A DNA stretch of 64,000 nucleotides from Gemmatimonadales bacterium. Lineage in GTDB: Bacteria; Gemmatimonadota; Gemmatimonadetes; Gemmatimonadales; GWC2-71-9. Below the pieces are notes generated by a model. The model ran no database searches and had not been told where the DNA came from. It saw nothing but the letters and a program-made list of their open reading frames with translations. Shown one piece after another: positions 54,759 to 64,000 of this stretch (the first letter of the stretch is position 1; every line of letters starts with the position of its first letter). The DNA lies in contig DASWGV010000163.1 in NCBI GenBank assembly GCA_036393515.1, forward strand, positions 17,301-81,300. The letters are read 5' to 3'. A program made the position numbers and the translations under genes.

Positions 54759-55892
54759 ATGACCAAGCGGCGGAGCGCGTTCCTGAAGGGTCCCCGGATC
54801 AATCCGGCGGCGCTCACCGGCGGCGAGTCGGTCGCCGACCTGATGGACAACGCCTTCCTGGCGTACAATGCCGGTCGCTTGCGGGAAGCCGCTCGCCTGT
54901 TCACCGAGAAGATGTTGGCCCGCGACGTAACCGTGGGGATGAGCCTGACCGGCGCGATGACGCCCGCGGGCCTGGGCATGTCATGCGTGATCCCGCTCCT
55001 CCAGGCCGGATTCGTGGACTGGATCGTGTCCACTGGGGCCAACCTGTACCACGACGCCCACTTCGCGCTGGGTCTGGCGCTCCATCGGGGATCGCCCTTT
55101 GTGGATGACGTCGTTCTCCGGAAGGAGGGGGTGGTTCGGATTTACGACATCCTGTTCGACTACTCCGTCCTGCTTCGCACCGACCATTTCATGCGGCAGA
55201 TTTCGGAGCGCCCCGAGTTCCAACGCGAGATGACGACAGCCGAATACCACCATTTGATGGGCGGATTCCTGCGGCAACGGGAGAAGGCCCTCGGGCTCGA
55301 TCGGCCATCCGTGCTCGGCGTGGCGTATGACTGCGGCGTTCCCATTTACACCTCCTCGCCCGGCGATTCCTCGATCGGCATGAACGTGGCTGAACAGGCG
55401 TTGGTCGGGGGCCGGCTGCGCTTCGATGTGTCAGGCGACGTGAATGAGACCGCGGCCATTGTGTTGGATGCCAAGCGCCGGGGGAAGAGCGCCGTGGTGA
55501 TGATCGGCGGCGGGAGTCCCAAGAATTTTGTGCTTCAGACCGAGCCGCAGATCCAGGAAGTGCTGGGAATCAACGAGAAGGGGCACGACTACTTCCTCCA
55601 GATCACCGACGCCCGGCCGGATACCGGCGGTTTATCCGGCGCAACCCCAGGCGAGGCCGTCAGCTGGGGCAAGGTCGATCCCGACCAACTGGCCCAGTCG
55701 GTGGTGTGCTATCTGGACAGCACCGTGGGCCTTCCGCTCCTGACGTCCTACGCGCTCGCTCGCAGGAAGGCACGCCGGCTCAAGCGGCTGTACGATCGGC
55801 GCGGCGACATGCTTGGCGTGTTGGTCGCCGCGTACCGTCGCGCGCGGTCCTCGCGCGACCGTCGGGCCAGTAGGCTCGAAAGCGCGGAGTGA
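54759..55892 (+). CDS. deoxyhypusine synthase-like protein
   Basis: 377 aa with DHS-family features ([18 protein letters not shown]). A strong AAGGAGGGGGG RBS precedes ATG 54759. The basic C-terminal tail is not typical of the family. Confidence 0.75.
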   Translation: MTKRRSAFLKGPRINPAALTGGESVADLMDNAFLAYNAGRLREAARLFTEKMLARDVTVGMSLTGAMTPAGLGMSCVIPLLQAGFVDWIVSTGANLYHDAHFALGLALHRGSPFVDDVVLRKEGVVRIYDILFDYSVLLRTDHFMRQISERPEFQREMTTAEYHHLMGGFLRQREKALGLDRPSVLGVAYDCGVPIYTSSPGDSSIGMNVAEQALVGGRLRFDVSGDVNETAAIVLDAKRRGKSAVVMIGGGSPKNFVLQTEPQIQEVLGINEKGHDYFLQITDARPDTGGLSGATPGEAVSWGKVDPDQLAQSVVCYLDSTVGLPLLTSYALARRKARRLKRLYDRRGDMLGVLVAAYRRARSSRDRRASRLESAE

Positions 55893-57403
55893 CCGGACCG
55901 CGCAGCCCCGCCGCCGGCCGGCCGGGCGCGTATGCCTGGTACGCCCTCGGTCTCCTCACCGCCATCAACACGGTCAACTATCTCGATCGTAACATCATTT
56001 TCGTCTTGTTCGAGCCGATCAAAGACGAACTGGTGCTGACGGACACTCAGCTCGGATGGTTGGGGTCGGCCTACATCATCGTGTTCTCCGTCGGCGCCAT
56101 TCCGTTAGGCATTCTCGCCGACCTGCGGTCGCGACGAAACGTGATTGCCACCGGGATCGCGGTCTGGAGCGCGTTTACGGCGTTGTCCGGCCTGGCGCGC
56201 CGATACTGGCAGCTGCTGCTGTGTCGCTCGATGGTGGGCGTTGGCGAGGCGGCGTACTCTCCGGCCGCGCAGTCGCTGGTGGCGGACTACTTCCCCTCTC
56301 AAGGGCGGGCGCTGGCCCTCGGAGTGTTCTGGGGCGGCCTGGCGGTTGGAGGTGTCGGCGGCATCTGGTTGGGAGGAGAGCTAGAGCACCTGTACGGCTG
56401 GCGCGCCGCTTTCATGGCTGTCAGTGTCCCAGGCCTGCTCCTGGCGATCCTGACGACCCAGCTGCGCGACCCCACACGGGAGGAGCGCCGGTTGTCCTTT
56501 CTTGGCATGATCCGCCGCTTGGAACTGACGGTCTGGCACCTGGTGCAGGGGACCTGGCCCCTCTGGTCCCTCGGGCTGGTCGGGTTGGGCCTGGCCTTCA
56601 TGCTCAATCGCCTGGGCCACGTCGGTGTCGAGGGCGAAAGCGCGATTGTCGGCACGGCGCTGGCCCTCGGGGCGGCTGGGACCGTGACCCGGTTGGTTCG
56701 CCGGCTGCTGGCTTCGCGTGGCGAGCAACGGCGGCGGCCAGTTGCCCTCACCACCATCGACGAGATCATCGAGGCCGGTCGCCTGGTCCTCCGAACCCCG
56801 ACGCTCATGTGGGTATTTGGCGGGGGCGCCCTGATCTCGTTTGCCATGAACGGCCTCGTGGGGTGGTCGCCCAGTTATCTCCAGAGGGAACTCGGCCTGG
56901 AGCCGCAGATGGCGGGCAGGTTGATGGGGATCTGGGGCCTGATCGCCGCGTCGCTCGGCGTGGTGTTCGGTGGACGGCTGGCGGACTGGCTTATGGAGCG
57001 ACGGCCCACTGGCCGGGTGATTGCCAGTGCCGCCGGATTCCTGCTGGGGGCGCCCTTGTGCGTGCTCCTGCTGACTGTGCGGGACCTTGATGCCTTCACC
57101 CCCCTGTTTTTCGGGACGATGTTCCTTTTCACCTGGTATAATGGCCCGGTGGCGGCCACCATCTTCGACGTCGTTCCGTCGAGTATCGGAGCGTCCGTTG
57201 TGGGCACGTATGTCTTCTTCACCCACTTAGCCGGCGACGCGGTCGCCTACCCGCTGATCGGGTTTCTGTCTGACCGCTTCGGCATCCGAGCCGCCATGTA
57301 TCTCCTGCCCCTGGTGGCAGTCGTCGGTGCCTCGGTGCTGTTGGTGGCCACTCGCACCGTGGCGCGCGATATGGAGCGACTGCGCCAGATCAGGGAGGGG
57401 TGA
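55889..57403 (+). CDS. MFS transporter (Spinster-like)
   Basis: About 12 TM helices with the MFS signature around [16 protein letters not shown]. The GTG start overlaps the DHS-like stop (GTGA). Confidence 0.85.
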   Translation: MTGPRSPAAGRPGAYAWYALGLLTAINTVNYLDRNIIFVLFEPIKDELVLTDTQLGWLGSAYIIVFSVGAIPLGILADLRSRRNVIATGIAVWSAFTALSGLARRYWQLLLCRSMVGVGEAAYSPAAQSLVADYFPSQGRALALGVFWGGLAVGGVGGIWLGGELEHLYGWRAAFMAVSVPGLLLAILTTQLRDPTREERRLSFLGMIRRLELTVWHLVQGTWPLWSLGLVGLGLAFMLNRLGHVGVEGESAIVGTALALGAAGTVTRLVRRLLASRGEQRRRPVALTTIDEIIEAGRLVLRTPTLMWVFGGGALISFAMNGLVGWSPSYLQRELGLEPQMAGRLMGIWGLIAASLGVVFGGRLADWLMERRPTGRVIASAAGFLLGAPLCVLLLTVRDLDAFTPLFFGTMFLFTWYNGPVAATIFDVVPSSIGASVVGTYVFFTHLAGDAVAYPLIGFLSDRFGIRAAMYLLPLVAVVGASVLLVATRTVARDMERLRQIREG

Positions 57404-59024
57404 CGCTACGTTCCGATGATGGGATGTCAGCGCGGAACCCGAGGCTTCGATCCACTGCCTCGAGATACGCTGCCAGTTCCGTCGCCTTCCGGGCCGCCGG
57501 CCAGCCAAGCTCCGCCGCAGCGAGTTCGGTCAATGCGGGTGCTTCCGGCAAGCCGTGGCGTTCGGCCTCGTAGAACACCTGGGTTCGGCGGATCAGCAGA
57601 TCGCCTAGCGTCATGGCCATCTCGCGCCGCGCGGCGTGCGGGACCTCCGCGCGGAGGGACGGATGGCCTTCGGCGAGGGGTAGTCCGAGGGCAGGGTCTG
57701 CGCGCGCCATCCGCGCCACGGCTGAGGCCTCCGAGCCGTAGGTGCGCACCAGCCGCTCCGCGACGGGCCGGGCCAGGCTCTCTCGCTCCAGCTCGTGCAC
57801 CAGCAGGTCCAGGTCCCGTACTTCGCCACCCGGGAGAGGCTCGCGGTCGGTAGCCGCTCTCGGCGGCAGGGCCCGACCGTCCAGCGCCGTGAGCCGGCGG
57901 CCGATCAGGTCGACCGTCTCCGCCGCCATCGAGCGGTAGGTGGTGAGCTTCCCGCCCAGGACGGACACCATCCCGCCGGCCCCCTCCAGAACCCGGTGTT
58001 CGCGGGAGACGCTGCTGGGGTCGGCCGCGTGGTCCGTCGCGAGGAGCGAACGGAGACCGGCCCAAGTGCTCCGCACATCGGCCGGCCCAAGGCGCGCGTC
58101 CGGGAAGTAGGCATTGGCGGATCGGAGCAGGTAGACCACGTCCTCCCCTGTGGCCCACACATCGTCCGGGGAGGCGTCGCTATCCGTGTCGGTCGTTCCG
58201 ATATATGCGAGGTCTCCCCAGGGCACGATGAACATGATGCGACCGTCGAGCGGGGAAGTCAGGGTGATCGCCTCACGGTTCCCCAGGCGTTCCCGAAGCA
58301 CCACGACATGGGCGCCTTTGGTGCGGCGCAAGACCGGCGGGTCCCCGAGCTGCCCGCGGAGGTCGTCCGACCAGGGACCGGTGGCATTGACCACCATGAG
58401 GGCCCGGATAGTCAAGTTCGTGCCATCCAGCACGTCCGTGGCAGCGGTGCCGCGCACCTGACCGTCCGACAAGGCAAAGCGGTCGGCACGAACGTAGTTG
58501 GCCACCAGGGCCCCGTGGCGGCGCGCGTCCCGGGCATTGACCAGAGCGAGGCGGGTGTCATTGCACTGCGCGTCGAAGTAGCGCGCTCCTCCACGCAGGC
58601 CGTGCCCGCGCAAGCCGGGCTCAGCCCGACGCAGGCTCCGCTTGCCCAGCATTCGGTGAGCGCGCACATTCCGCAGCAATGCAAGGAGGTCGTAGAGCCA
58701 CAGCCCGGCCGCGAGCTTCCAACGCGGGACGCGCCCCCCGGCATGCACGGGGAAGATGAAGGAACGGGGCCAGACGAGGTGGGGCGCAATCCGTAGCAGG
58801 GTCCGGCGCTCGCGGCTTGCCTCAAACACGAGCCGCAGGTTCCTCAGCTCGAGATAGCGCAGTCCTCCGTGGATGAGGCGTGACGAGCGACCGCTGGTGC
58901 CTGAGCCGAAGTCTCCCTTGTCAATAAGGGCGGTGCGGATACCACGCATCGCCGCGTCGCGGGCGATACCAGCTCCGGTCACCCCGCCCCCGATGACGAG
59001 CAGGTCCACCGGGTTCCGCGCCAT
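57390..59024 (-). CDS. glpD: FAD-dependent glycerol-3-phosphate dehydrogenase
   Basis: DLLVIGGGVTGAGIARDAAMRG and SGTSGRSSRLIHGGLRYLE. ATG 59024 (MARNPVDLLVIGGG) is preferred over ATG 59132. Confidence 0.85.
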   Translation of the reverse strand: MARNPVDLLVIGGGVTGAGIARDAAMRGIRTALIDKGDFGSGTSGRSSRLIHGGLRYLELRNLRLVFEASRERRTLLRIAPHLVWPRSFIFPVHAGGRVPRWKLAAGLWLYDLLALLRNVRAHRMLGKRSLRRAEPGLRGHGLRGGARYFDAQCNDTRLALVNARDARRHGALVANYVRADRFALSDGQVRGTAATDVLDGTNLTIRALMVVNATGPWSDDLRGQLGDPPVLRRTKGAHVVVLRERLGNREAITLTSPLDGRIMFIVPWGDLAYIGTTDTDSDASPDDVWATGEDVVYLLRSANAYFPDARLGPADVRSTWAGLRSLLATDHAADPSSVSREHRVLEGAGGMVSVLGGKLTTYRSMAAETVDLIGRRLTALDGRALPPRAATDREPLPGGEVRDLDLLVHELERESLARPVAERLVRTYGSEASAVARMARADPALGLPLAEGHPSLRAEVPHAARREMAMTLGDLLIRRTQVFYEAERHGLPEAPALTELAAAELGWPAARKATELAAYLEAVDRSLGFRADIPSSERSVTPP

Positions 59025-59148
59025 GGCGGCAAGGTCGGCCGCCCGAGTAGCGTGAGAAAAGGAGGTTTCCACGAGCGCGTCAGGGCATCCCGAGCAGCCG
59101 TCCGCCTGGTTCACCTGGCATGCCGGCATCATCCGCGCGGGGTCCGCA

Positions 59149-59607
59149 GTGCTGGATCTTGCCTGCGGAAAGGGCCGTCACGCAATCGCGGCGGCGGCCC
59201 GCGGCGGCTCCGTCCAGGCCCTGGATTCCGACACCGAATCGCTGGCTGTGGCGCGCCGGGCGGCGGGAGATCTGGCGATCGAGTGGATAGCCGCCGACCT
59301 CACGCGGTATGAATTGCCGGAAGCCGCCTACGACGTGGTGATGGCCTTCAACTACCTGGACCGCCGGCGGATGGCGGATTTCCGGCGGGCGGTCCAGCCG
59401 GGCGGCTACCTCTTGTATGAAACCTTTCTTGATGAACAGCGCGAACACGGTTGGGGGCCCACCTCCGATGATCATCTGTTGAGGCGGGGGGAACTGATGG
59501 CGCTGGTCCAGCCCTTCGAGATCGTGCTTGCCCGTGAGGCCTTGGAGTTCGTCGGTGGACGCCCGATGGCTGTGGCGAGCGTCTTGGCCCATCGATCGCC
59601 GGATTGA
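59149..59607 (+). CDS. class I SAM-dependent methyltransferase (short; N-terminus questionable)
   Basis: SAM motif I (LDLACGKG) begins at residue 2 after the GTG start. Motif II-like VVMAFNYL and VQPGGYLL are also present. Confidence 0.65.
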   Translation: MLDLACGKGRHAIAAAARGGSVQALDSDTESLAVARRAAGDLAIEWIAADLTRYELPEAAYDVVMAFNYLDRRRMADFRRAVQPGGYLLYETFLDEQREHGWGPTSDDHLLRRGELMALVQPFEIVLAREALEFVGGRPMAVASVLAHRSPD

Positions 59608-59654
59608 CAAGCGCTTCATGGCCCGCCCTTTCTCGTGCGAGTAGCTTATCGCGT

Positions 59655-60944
59655 ATGACGGAAACGGCCAACGGACGACGAGTCGCGGTCGTGGCGGGTT
59701 GCCGAACGCCGTTTTGCCGGGCCGGTTCGGAGCTCAAAGATCTTTCCGCCGTGGACCTTGCCCGCCACGCCGCGCTGGAGCTGCTCCACCGCGCCAATCT
59801 CACGGGATCCGAGGTCGACGAGATGGTGTTCGGGCAGGTGGTGGCGAGCCCGCTGGCGCCCAACCTCGCACGGGAAGTCAGCCTACTGCCTCAGTTTCCA
59901 CGCTCCATCCCCGCCGCCACCGTGAACCGCGCCTGCGCGTCGGCCAATACCGCCATTGCCCAGGCCCGGGATCAGATTGCGTTGGGGCACGCCGGCGTGG
60001 CCATCGCGGGCGGGGCTGAATCCCTCTCAGACATTCCGGTGCTCCACAGCCGGCGGTTGGCGGATACGCTGGTGGGACTGAGCCGGGCCAAGAGCCTCCG
60101 GGAACGGGCTGCCCTGCTGGCCAAGGTACGTCCACGAGACCTGATTCCGGTGGCCCCCGCCATCGCCGAGCCGTCAACGGGGGAAACCATGGGCCAGTCG
60201 GCGGAAAAAATGGCCAAGGAGAACGGGATCACGCGGGAGGCGCAGGATGCCTTTGCCCTGCGGAGCCATCAGCGGGCCGTGGCGGGCACCGACGACGGGC
60301 GCCTGACAGCCGAGATAGCCCCGGTCTTTCGCGCAGCCAATGCTGTGGTACGCGACAACGGTATACGCGGCGATACCACTCTCGAGAAACTCGCCGCGCT
60401 CAAACCCGCGTTTGACCGTCGGTACGGGACGGTCACGGCGGGCAATTCCTCTCCTCTCACGGATGGCGGCGCGGCGGTGCTCCTGATGAGCGAGGAGGCG
60501 GCAGGCGCCCTGGGCTACCATCCGCTGGCGTTCATCCGGTCCTACGCGGTCGCGGCCCTCGATCCGGGGGAGCAGCTCCTGATGGGCCCGGCCTATGCCG
60601 TGCCGACGGCTCTGGATCGCGCGGGGATTGGCTGGGGGGAACTCGGGCTGGTCGAAATGCACGAGGCCTTCGCCGCGCAGGCGCTGTCCAACATCCAGGC
60701 CTTCGAATCGCGGGAATGGGCGGCCCGCCACCTCGGGCGCTCGGAGGCCATCGGGCAGGTCGATCCAGCGATGCTCAATGTGATGGGTGGGTCCATCGCG
60801 ATCGGGCACCCGTTCGGGGCGACCGGCGCCCGTCTCACGCTGACCCTCGCCAATGAAATGGTGCGCCGCGACGTGCAGTTCGGGCTCATTTCCGTCTGTG
60901 CGCAGGGCGGCATGGGCTTCGCGATGGTCTTGGAGCGTCGCTGA
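59655..60944 (+). CDS. fadI: acetyl-CoA C-acyltransferase (3-ketoacyl-CoA thiolase, FadI-like)
   Basis: Active-site Cys in NRACASANTAI, plus GGSIAIGHPFGATGARL and CAQGGMGFAMVLE. The thiolase-first gene order matches fadIJ. Confidence 0.85.
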   Translation: MTETANGRRVAVVAGCRTPFCRAGSELKDLSAVDLARHAALELLHRANLTGSEVDEMVFGQVVASPLAPNLAREVSLLPQFPRSIPAATVNRACASANTAIAQARDQIALGHAGVAIAGGAESLSDIPVLHSRRLADTLVGLSRAKSLRERAALLAKVRPRDLIPVAPAIAEPSTGETMGQSAEKMAKENGITREAQDAFALRSHQRAVAGTDDGRLTAEIAPVFRAANAVVRDNGIRGDTTLEKLAALKPAFDRRYGTVTAGNSSPLTDGGAAVLLMSEEAAGALGYHPLAFIRSYAVAALDPGEQLLMGPAYAVPTALDRAGIGWGELGLVEMHEAFAAQALSNIQAFESREWAARHLGRSEAIGQVDPAMLNVMGGSIAIGHPFGATGARLTLTLANEMVRRDVQFGLISVCAQGGMGFAMVLERR

Positions 60945-60946
60945 GC

Positions 60947-63073
60947 GTGTCCGTGTTCCACACCAGCGTCGCCGGCGGAATCGCCAAAGCGCGCCTCGAC
61001 CTCCCCGGGGAAAGCGTCAACAAGATCACGCGTGCCGTTCGCCAGGAGCTCGATGCTTTGCTCTCGACATGGGCCGCGGATGCATCGGTTCGCGTCGTTG
61101 TCCTTCAGTCGGGCAAGCCGGACACGTTCATCGCCGGCGCGGACATCGACGAGTTCGTGCGGCTCACATCTGTCGCTGAGGCTCGAGAGCTGGTCCGGAC
61201 CGGGCAGACACTGATCAACCGCGTGGCCGAGCTGAACAAGCCGGTGATAGCGGCGATTCACGGCGCCTGCCTTGGCGGAGGCCTAGAGGCAGCGTTGGCG
61301 TGCACCTACCGGGTGGCGACGGATCACCGGAAGACCGTCATCGGGTTGCCGGAAGTGCAGCTGGGGATCTTCCCGGCCGCCGGCGGATGTCAGCGGCTCC
61401 CTAGATTGATCGGGCTTCGGGCGGCGCTGGACATGATCCTGACGGGCAGGACAGTGCCGGCCGGCCGGGCGCTGAAGGCCGGCATCGTCGACGAGGTGGT
61501 GCATCCGGCGATCCTCGACGCTGTGGTAGACGGGGTGGCCCGGCGGTTGGCGGATGGCTGGCGGCCGCGGCGCCCAAGCCGTGGCCTCCAGGACCTGCTG
61601 CTGGATCGGACCCCTCCTGGCCGACGCCTGGTGTTGGCGTTGGCCCGGCGCGGCGTACTCCAAAAGACCAAAGGGCAGTATCCGGCCCCCCTGGCGGCGC
61701 TCCGGGCCATTGCGCACGGATTGGCCCACGGTATTGAAGCCGGTCTGGACATGGAAGCGGCGCTGTTTGCCGAGTTGGCGGTGGGCGACGTCTCCCGCAA
61801 TCTGGTCCGCCTTTTTTTCGCGACCACCGCGCTCAAGAAGGATTCGGGGGTCGAGGGCGCCGCACCCGCGCCGCGCCCGGTGAAGAATCTGGCGGTGATC
61901 GGTGCCGGGTTCATGGGGGCTGGCATCGGGGGCGTGGCGGTGTCGCAGGCAGGAGTTGACGTGCGTTTTCGAGACACGGATGTCGGCCGTGTCGGTCAGG
62001 GTTTAGCGACGGCCCGCCGGATTGTGGATGAGCGGCTCAAGCGGCGCCGCATCACCAAGTTCGAGCATCGGCGGCAGGTGGCGCTGCTGTCCGGTGGTAC
62101 CGGGTACGATGGGTTTCGGCGGGCGGATCTGGTCATCGAGGCCGTCTTCGAGGATCTGACGGTGAAGCACCAGGTTCTCCAGGGCGTGGAGGGGGCCGTG
62201 CGCGACGATTGCGTCGTTGCGTCGAACACCTCCACCATCCCCATCACGCGTATCGCGGAGGCCGCCGCTCGGCCCGAGCGGGTACTCGGAATGCACTTCT
62301 TCTCTCCGGTGGAGAAGATGCCGCTGTTGGAAGTGATCGCCACGGACCGCACGTCGCCCTGGGCGACCGTCACGGCGGTGGCGTTCGGTCGCCGGATGGG
62401 GAAGACGGTCATCGTAGTGCGGGATCGTCCCGGTTTCTGGGTGAATCGTATCCTGGCACCCTACCTGAACGAGGCGGGACGCTTGCTGGGCGAGGGTGTC
62501 GCGATCGAGGAGCTCGACAATGCGATGGTCCGCTTCGGATTCCCGGTGGGACCGATTACGCTCCTCGACGAGGTAGGCCTCGACGTGGCGGCCAAGTCTG
62601 CCCTCGTGCTTCACGAGGCCTATGGGGAGCGTCTCGCCCCGACGCCCGGCGTCAAGCATCTCAGCGAGCAGGGTCGACAGGGACGAAAGAACGGCCGCGG
62701 GTTCTACCGGTATGAGGGTGGTCGGCGCCGCGGAGTGGATCCATCGGTGTATGAGGTGCTGGGCGTGCGGCCGGGCAACGCCGTCCCTGTGACGGAGGCT
62801 CAAGCGCGCATGGTATACGCCCTGCTGAACGAGGCGGCGCTGGCGCTCGATGAGGGAGTGGTCCGCTCGGCGCGGGATGGCGACGTTGGGGCCGTGTTCG
62901 GCATTGGCTACCCCGCGTTTTTGGGGGGGCCGCTTCGCTACCTGGATACCATCGGCCCTGAGCGCGCGGTGGACGAGCTCCGGCGTTTGGAAAGCGCCTG
63001 GGGCGGGCGTTTCCGGCCCGCGCCCCTGCTGCTCCGGCTGGCCGAGGCCGGCGGCCGGTTGCACGCCGCCTGA
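60947..63073 (+). CDS. fadJ: multifunctional enoyl-CoA hydratase / 3-hydroxyacyl-CoA dehydrogenase (FadJ-like)
   Basis: 708 aa with a crotonase domain (AAIHGACLGGGLEAALAC) and an NAD-binding site (LAVIGAGFMGAGIG). The GTG start lies 3 nt after the thiolase stop. Confidence 0.9.
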   Translation: MSVFHTSVAGGIAKARLDLPGESVNKITRAVRQELDALLSTWAADASVRVVVLQSGKPDTFIAGADIDEFVRLTSVAEARELVRTGQTLINRVAELNKPVIAAIHGACLGGGLEAALACTYRVATDHRKTVIGLPEVQLGIFPAAGGCQRLPRLIGLRAALDMILTGRTVPAGRALKAGIVDEVVHPAILDAVVDGVARRLADGWRPRRPSRGLQDLLLDRTPPGRRLVLALARRGVLQKTKGQYPAPLAALRAIAHGLAHGIEAGLDMEAALFAELAVGDVSRNLVRLFFATTALKKDSGVEGAAPAPRPVKNLAVIGAGFMGAGIGGVAVSQAGVDVRFRDTDVGRVGQGLATARRIVDERLKRRRITKFEHRRQVALLSGGTGYDGFRRADLVIEAVFEDLTVKHQVLQGVEGAVRDDCVVASNTSTIPITRIAEAAARPERVLGMHFFSPVEKMPLLEVIATDRTSPWATVTAVAFGRRMGKTVIVVRDRPGFWVNRILAPYLNEAGRLLGEGVAIEELDNAMVRFGFPVGPITLLDEVGLDVAAKSALVLHEAYGERLAPTPGVKHLSEQGRQGRKNGRGFYRYEGGRRRGVDPSVYEVLGVRPGNAVPVTEAQARMVYALLNEAALALDEGVVRSARDGDVGAVFGIGYPAFLGGPLRYLDTIGPERAVDELRRLESAWGGRFRPAPLLLRLAEAGGRLHAA

Positions 63074-63132
63074 CCCGTCTCCGCCGGTTTCGTGCTGTTC
63101 GGCACTCGCTGGTCTCCGGCCGTCCGCCGATC

Positions 63133-63456
63133 GTGAACCACGACTCCACCTTGGGCGGGTATCTGGCGGTCCATGGCCGCCCGCCCGCGTTCTCCGGGAG
63201 CGATGGGCGGGCCTATTCGGCCGACCTGTTCGTCGATCCCACGCCGGGCGCCGATGGACGCTTCGGTGCAGCGTTGCTGTTTGTACGGTGGTCTGTGGAT
63301 GGAGACCGGCCCGACGGCCACGTGGAGACGGGGTACGTCGCGTACGGCGCGACTGCCGCTGAGGCGCAGAAGGCCGCCCGTGAGCTGTCGCTCCATGACG
63401 TCAAGCAGTCGCTGGACGCCGCCATCGCCGCGGCGCGCGGGCCGGCCGCCTGGTGA
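63133..63456 (+). CDS. hypothetical protein (107 aa)
   Basis: GTG start and very high third-position GC throughout. No recognisable motif. Confidence 0.5.
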   Translation: MNHDSTLGGYLAVHGRPPAFSGSDGRAYSADLFVDPTPGADGRFGAALLFVRWSVDGDRPDGHVETGYVAYGATAAEAQKAARELSLHDVKQSLDAAIAAARGPAAW

Positions 63457-63473
63457 CAACGGGCGGAGGAATC

Positions 63474-64000
63474 GTGCTCGCGGTGACCGCGGGACGTTAC
63501 CGTGTCCTGACGGACGATACCGAGCTGGTCGCCACCCTGCGGGGCCGGATGAAGCTCAGCGTTGATCGAGTGGTGGTGGGCGATAGGGTCTCTATTGCGG
63601 CGCATGAGGATGATTCCTGGACGATCGAGGCCGTGCACGAGCGACGCTCGGTGTTGCGGCAACGGCGTCCGGGCAAGGGGCGCGGTACCCGCGTCGTCGC
63701 CGCTAACCTGGACCAGGTCGTCGTGGTCGGCGCTGTGGCGGAGCCGCCGTGGGAGCCGAACCTCATGGACCGGTTTGTGGCGGTGGCGGAGGTGAACCAA
63801 CTGCCGGTCGTCATCGTGATGAACAAGTGTGATCTCCATGTGGATCCCGAAGCGCTGGCCTCCCCCTACCGCAAGGCGGGCTATTCGGTTGAGTACACCA
63901 GTACGCTGGAGGGTCGGGGCCTGGAGCGGCTGCGCGTTCTGCTGGACGGGCGGATCTCGCTCCTTACGGGCCCGACCGGCGTAGGGAAATCGAGCCTGTT
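63474..64000 (+). CDS. rsgA: ribosome small-subunit-dependent GTPase RsgA (YjeQ), 5' partial
   Basis: Not in the ORF track because there is no stop in the window. Hand translation from GTG 63474 (after GGAGG) gives VLAVTAGRYRVL..., an OB-fold region, circularly permuted GTPase motifs NKCDL and then GPTGVGKSSL. The gene runs off the window end. Confidence 0.85.
   Translation, partial: MLAVTAGRYRVLTDDTELVATLRGRMKLSVDRVVVGDRVSIAAHEDDSWTIEAVHERRSVLRQRRPGKGRGTRVVAANLDQVVVVGAVAEPPWEPNLMDRFVAVAEVNQLPVVIVMNKCDLHVDPEALASPYRKAGYSVEYTSTLEGRGLERLRVLLDGRISLLTGPTGVGKSSL

Noticed and set aside
1-64000. A search by eye across the whole window for CRISPR arrays, tRNA or rRNA genes, transposases or integrases, toxin-antitoxin pairs, and known defence-system genes.
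   Set aside because: None were found. All gaps over 100 nt (4751-4880, 6264-6500, 9926-10078, 23600-23703, 34889-35147, 36936-37145, 45473-45579, 47485-47677, 50624-50744) lack tRNA-like T-arm sequences or repeat-spacer structure. Every sizeable ORF has a housekeeping, metabolic or envelope assignment. A formal tRNAscan, Infernal or DefenseFinder run would be needed to be certain.

Overview
This is a high-GC (roughly two-thirds G+C by eye), very compact bacterial chromosome segment covering the replication-origin neighbourhood. I call about 58 CDS and one ncRNA.

Core content, in order:
- mnmE-yidC-yidD-rnpA-rpmH on the minus strand, diverging from dnaA-dnaN on the plus strand
- RNase P RNA (rnpB), pyrE, a Ser/Thr kinase and polA
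- A sufR-sufBCDSU operon
- mnmG, then parS-parA-parB followed by an M23 peptidase and a bactofilin
- queG, glpD, fadIJ-like beta-oxidation genes and the 5' part of rsgA

Between these lie many secreted or envelope proteins: M28 and S9 peptidases, D-aminoacylase, a BNR/sortilin-like protein, a DUF5916-like protein, a GWxTD protein, an Slt-type transglycosylase and an MMPL transporter. This mix resembles Gemmatimonadota-type genomes, but the taxon is inference only.

I found no tRNA, rRNA, CRISPR array, transposase or integrase, and no recognisable defence system. I cannot point to a clear-cut new multi-gene system. The best leads are:
- A parS-parA-parB-LytM-bactofilin unit; the first three genes share start-stop overlaps and the bactofilin follows within 47 nt.
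- A tightly linked PLP enzyme-LOG-deoxyhypusine-synthase-like-MFS gene string.
- Two CAAC-N6-GTTG putative SufR operators, plus a tandem 14-nt repeat inside the suf operon.
- A candidate oriC in the dnaA-dnaN spacer.
- An uncharacterised small-protein/lipoprotein/beta-barrel operon just downstream of rnpB.
- A pilin-like ORF translationally coupled to polA.

All family assignments come from motifs read in the translations. No database search was run.
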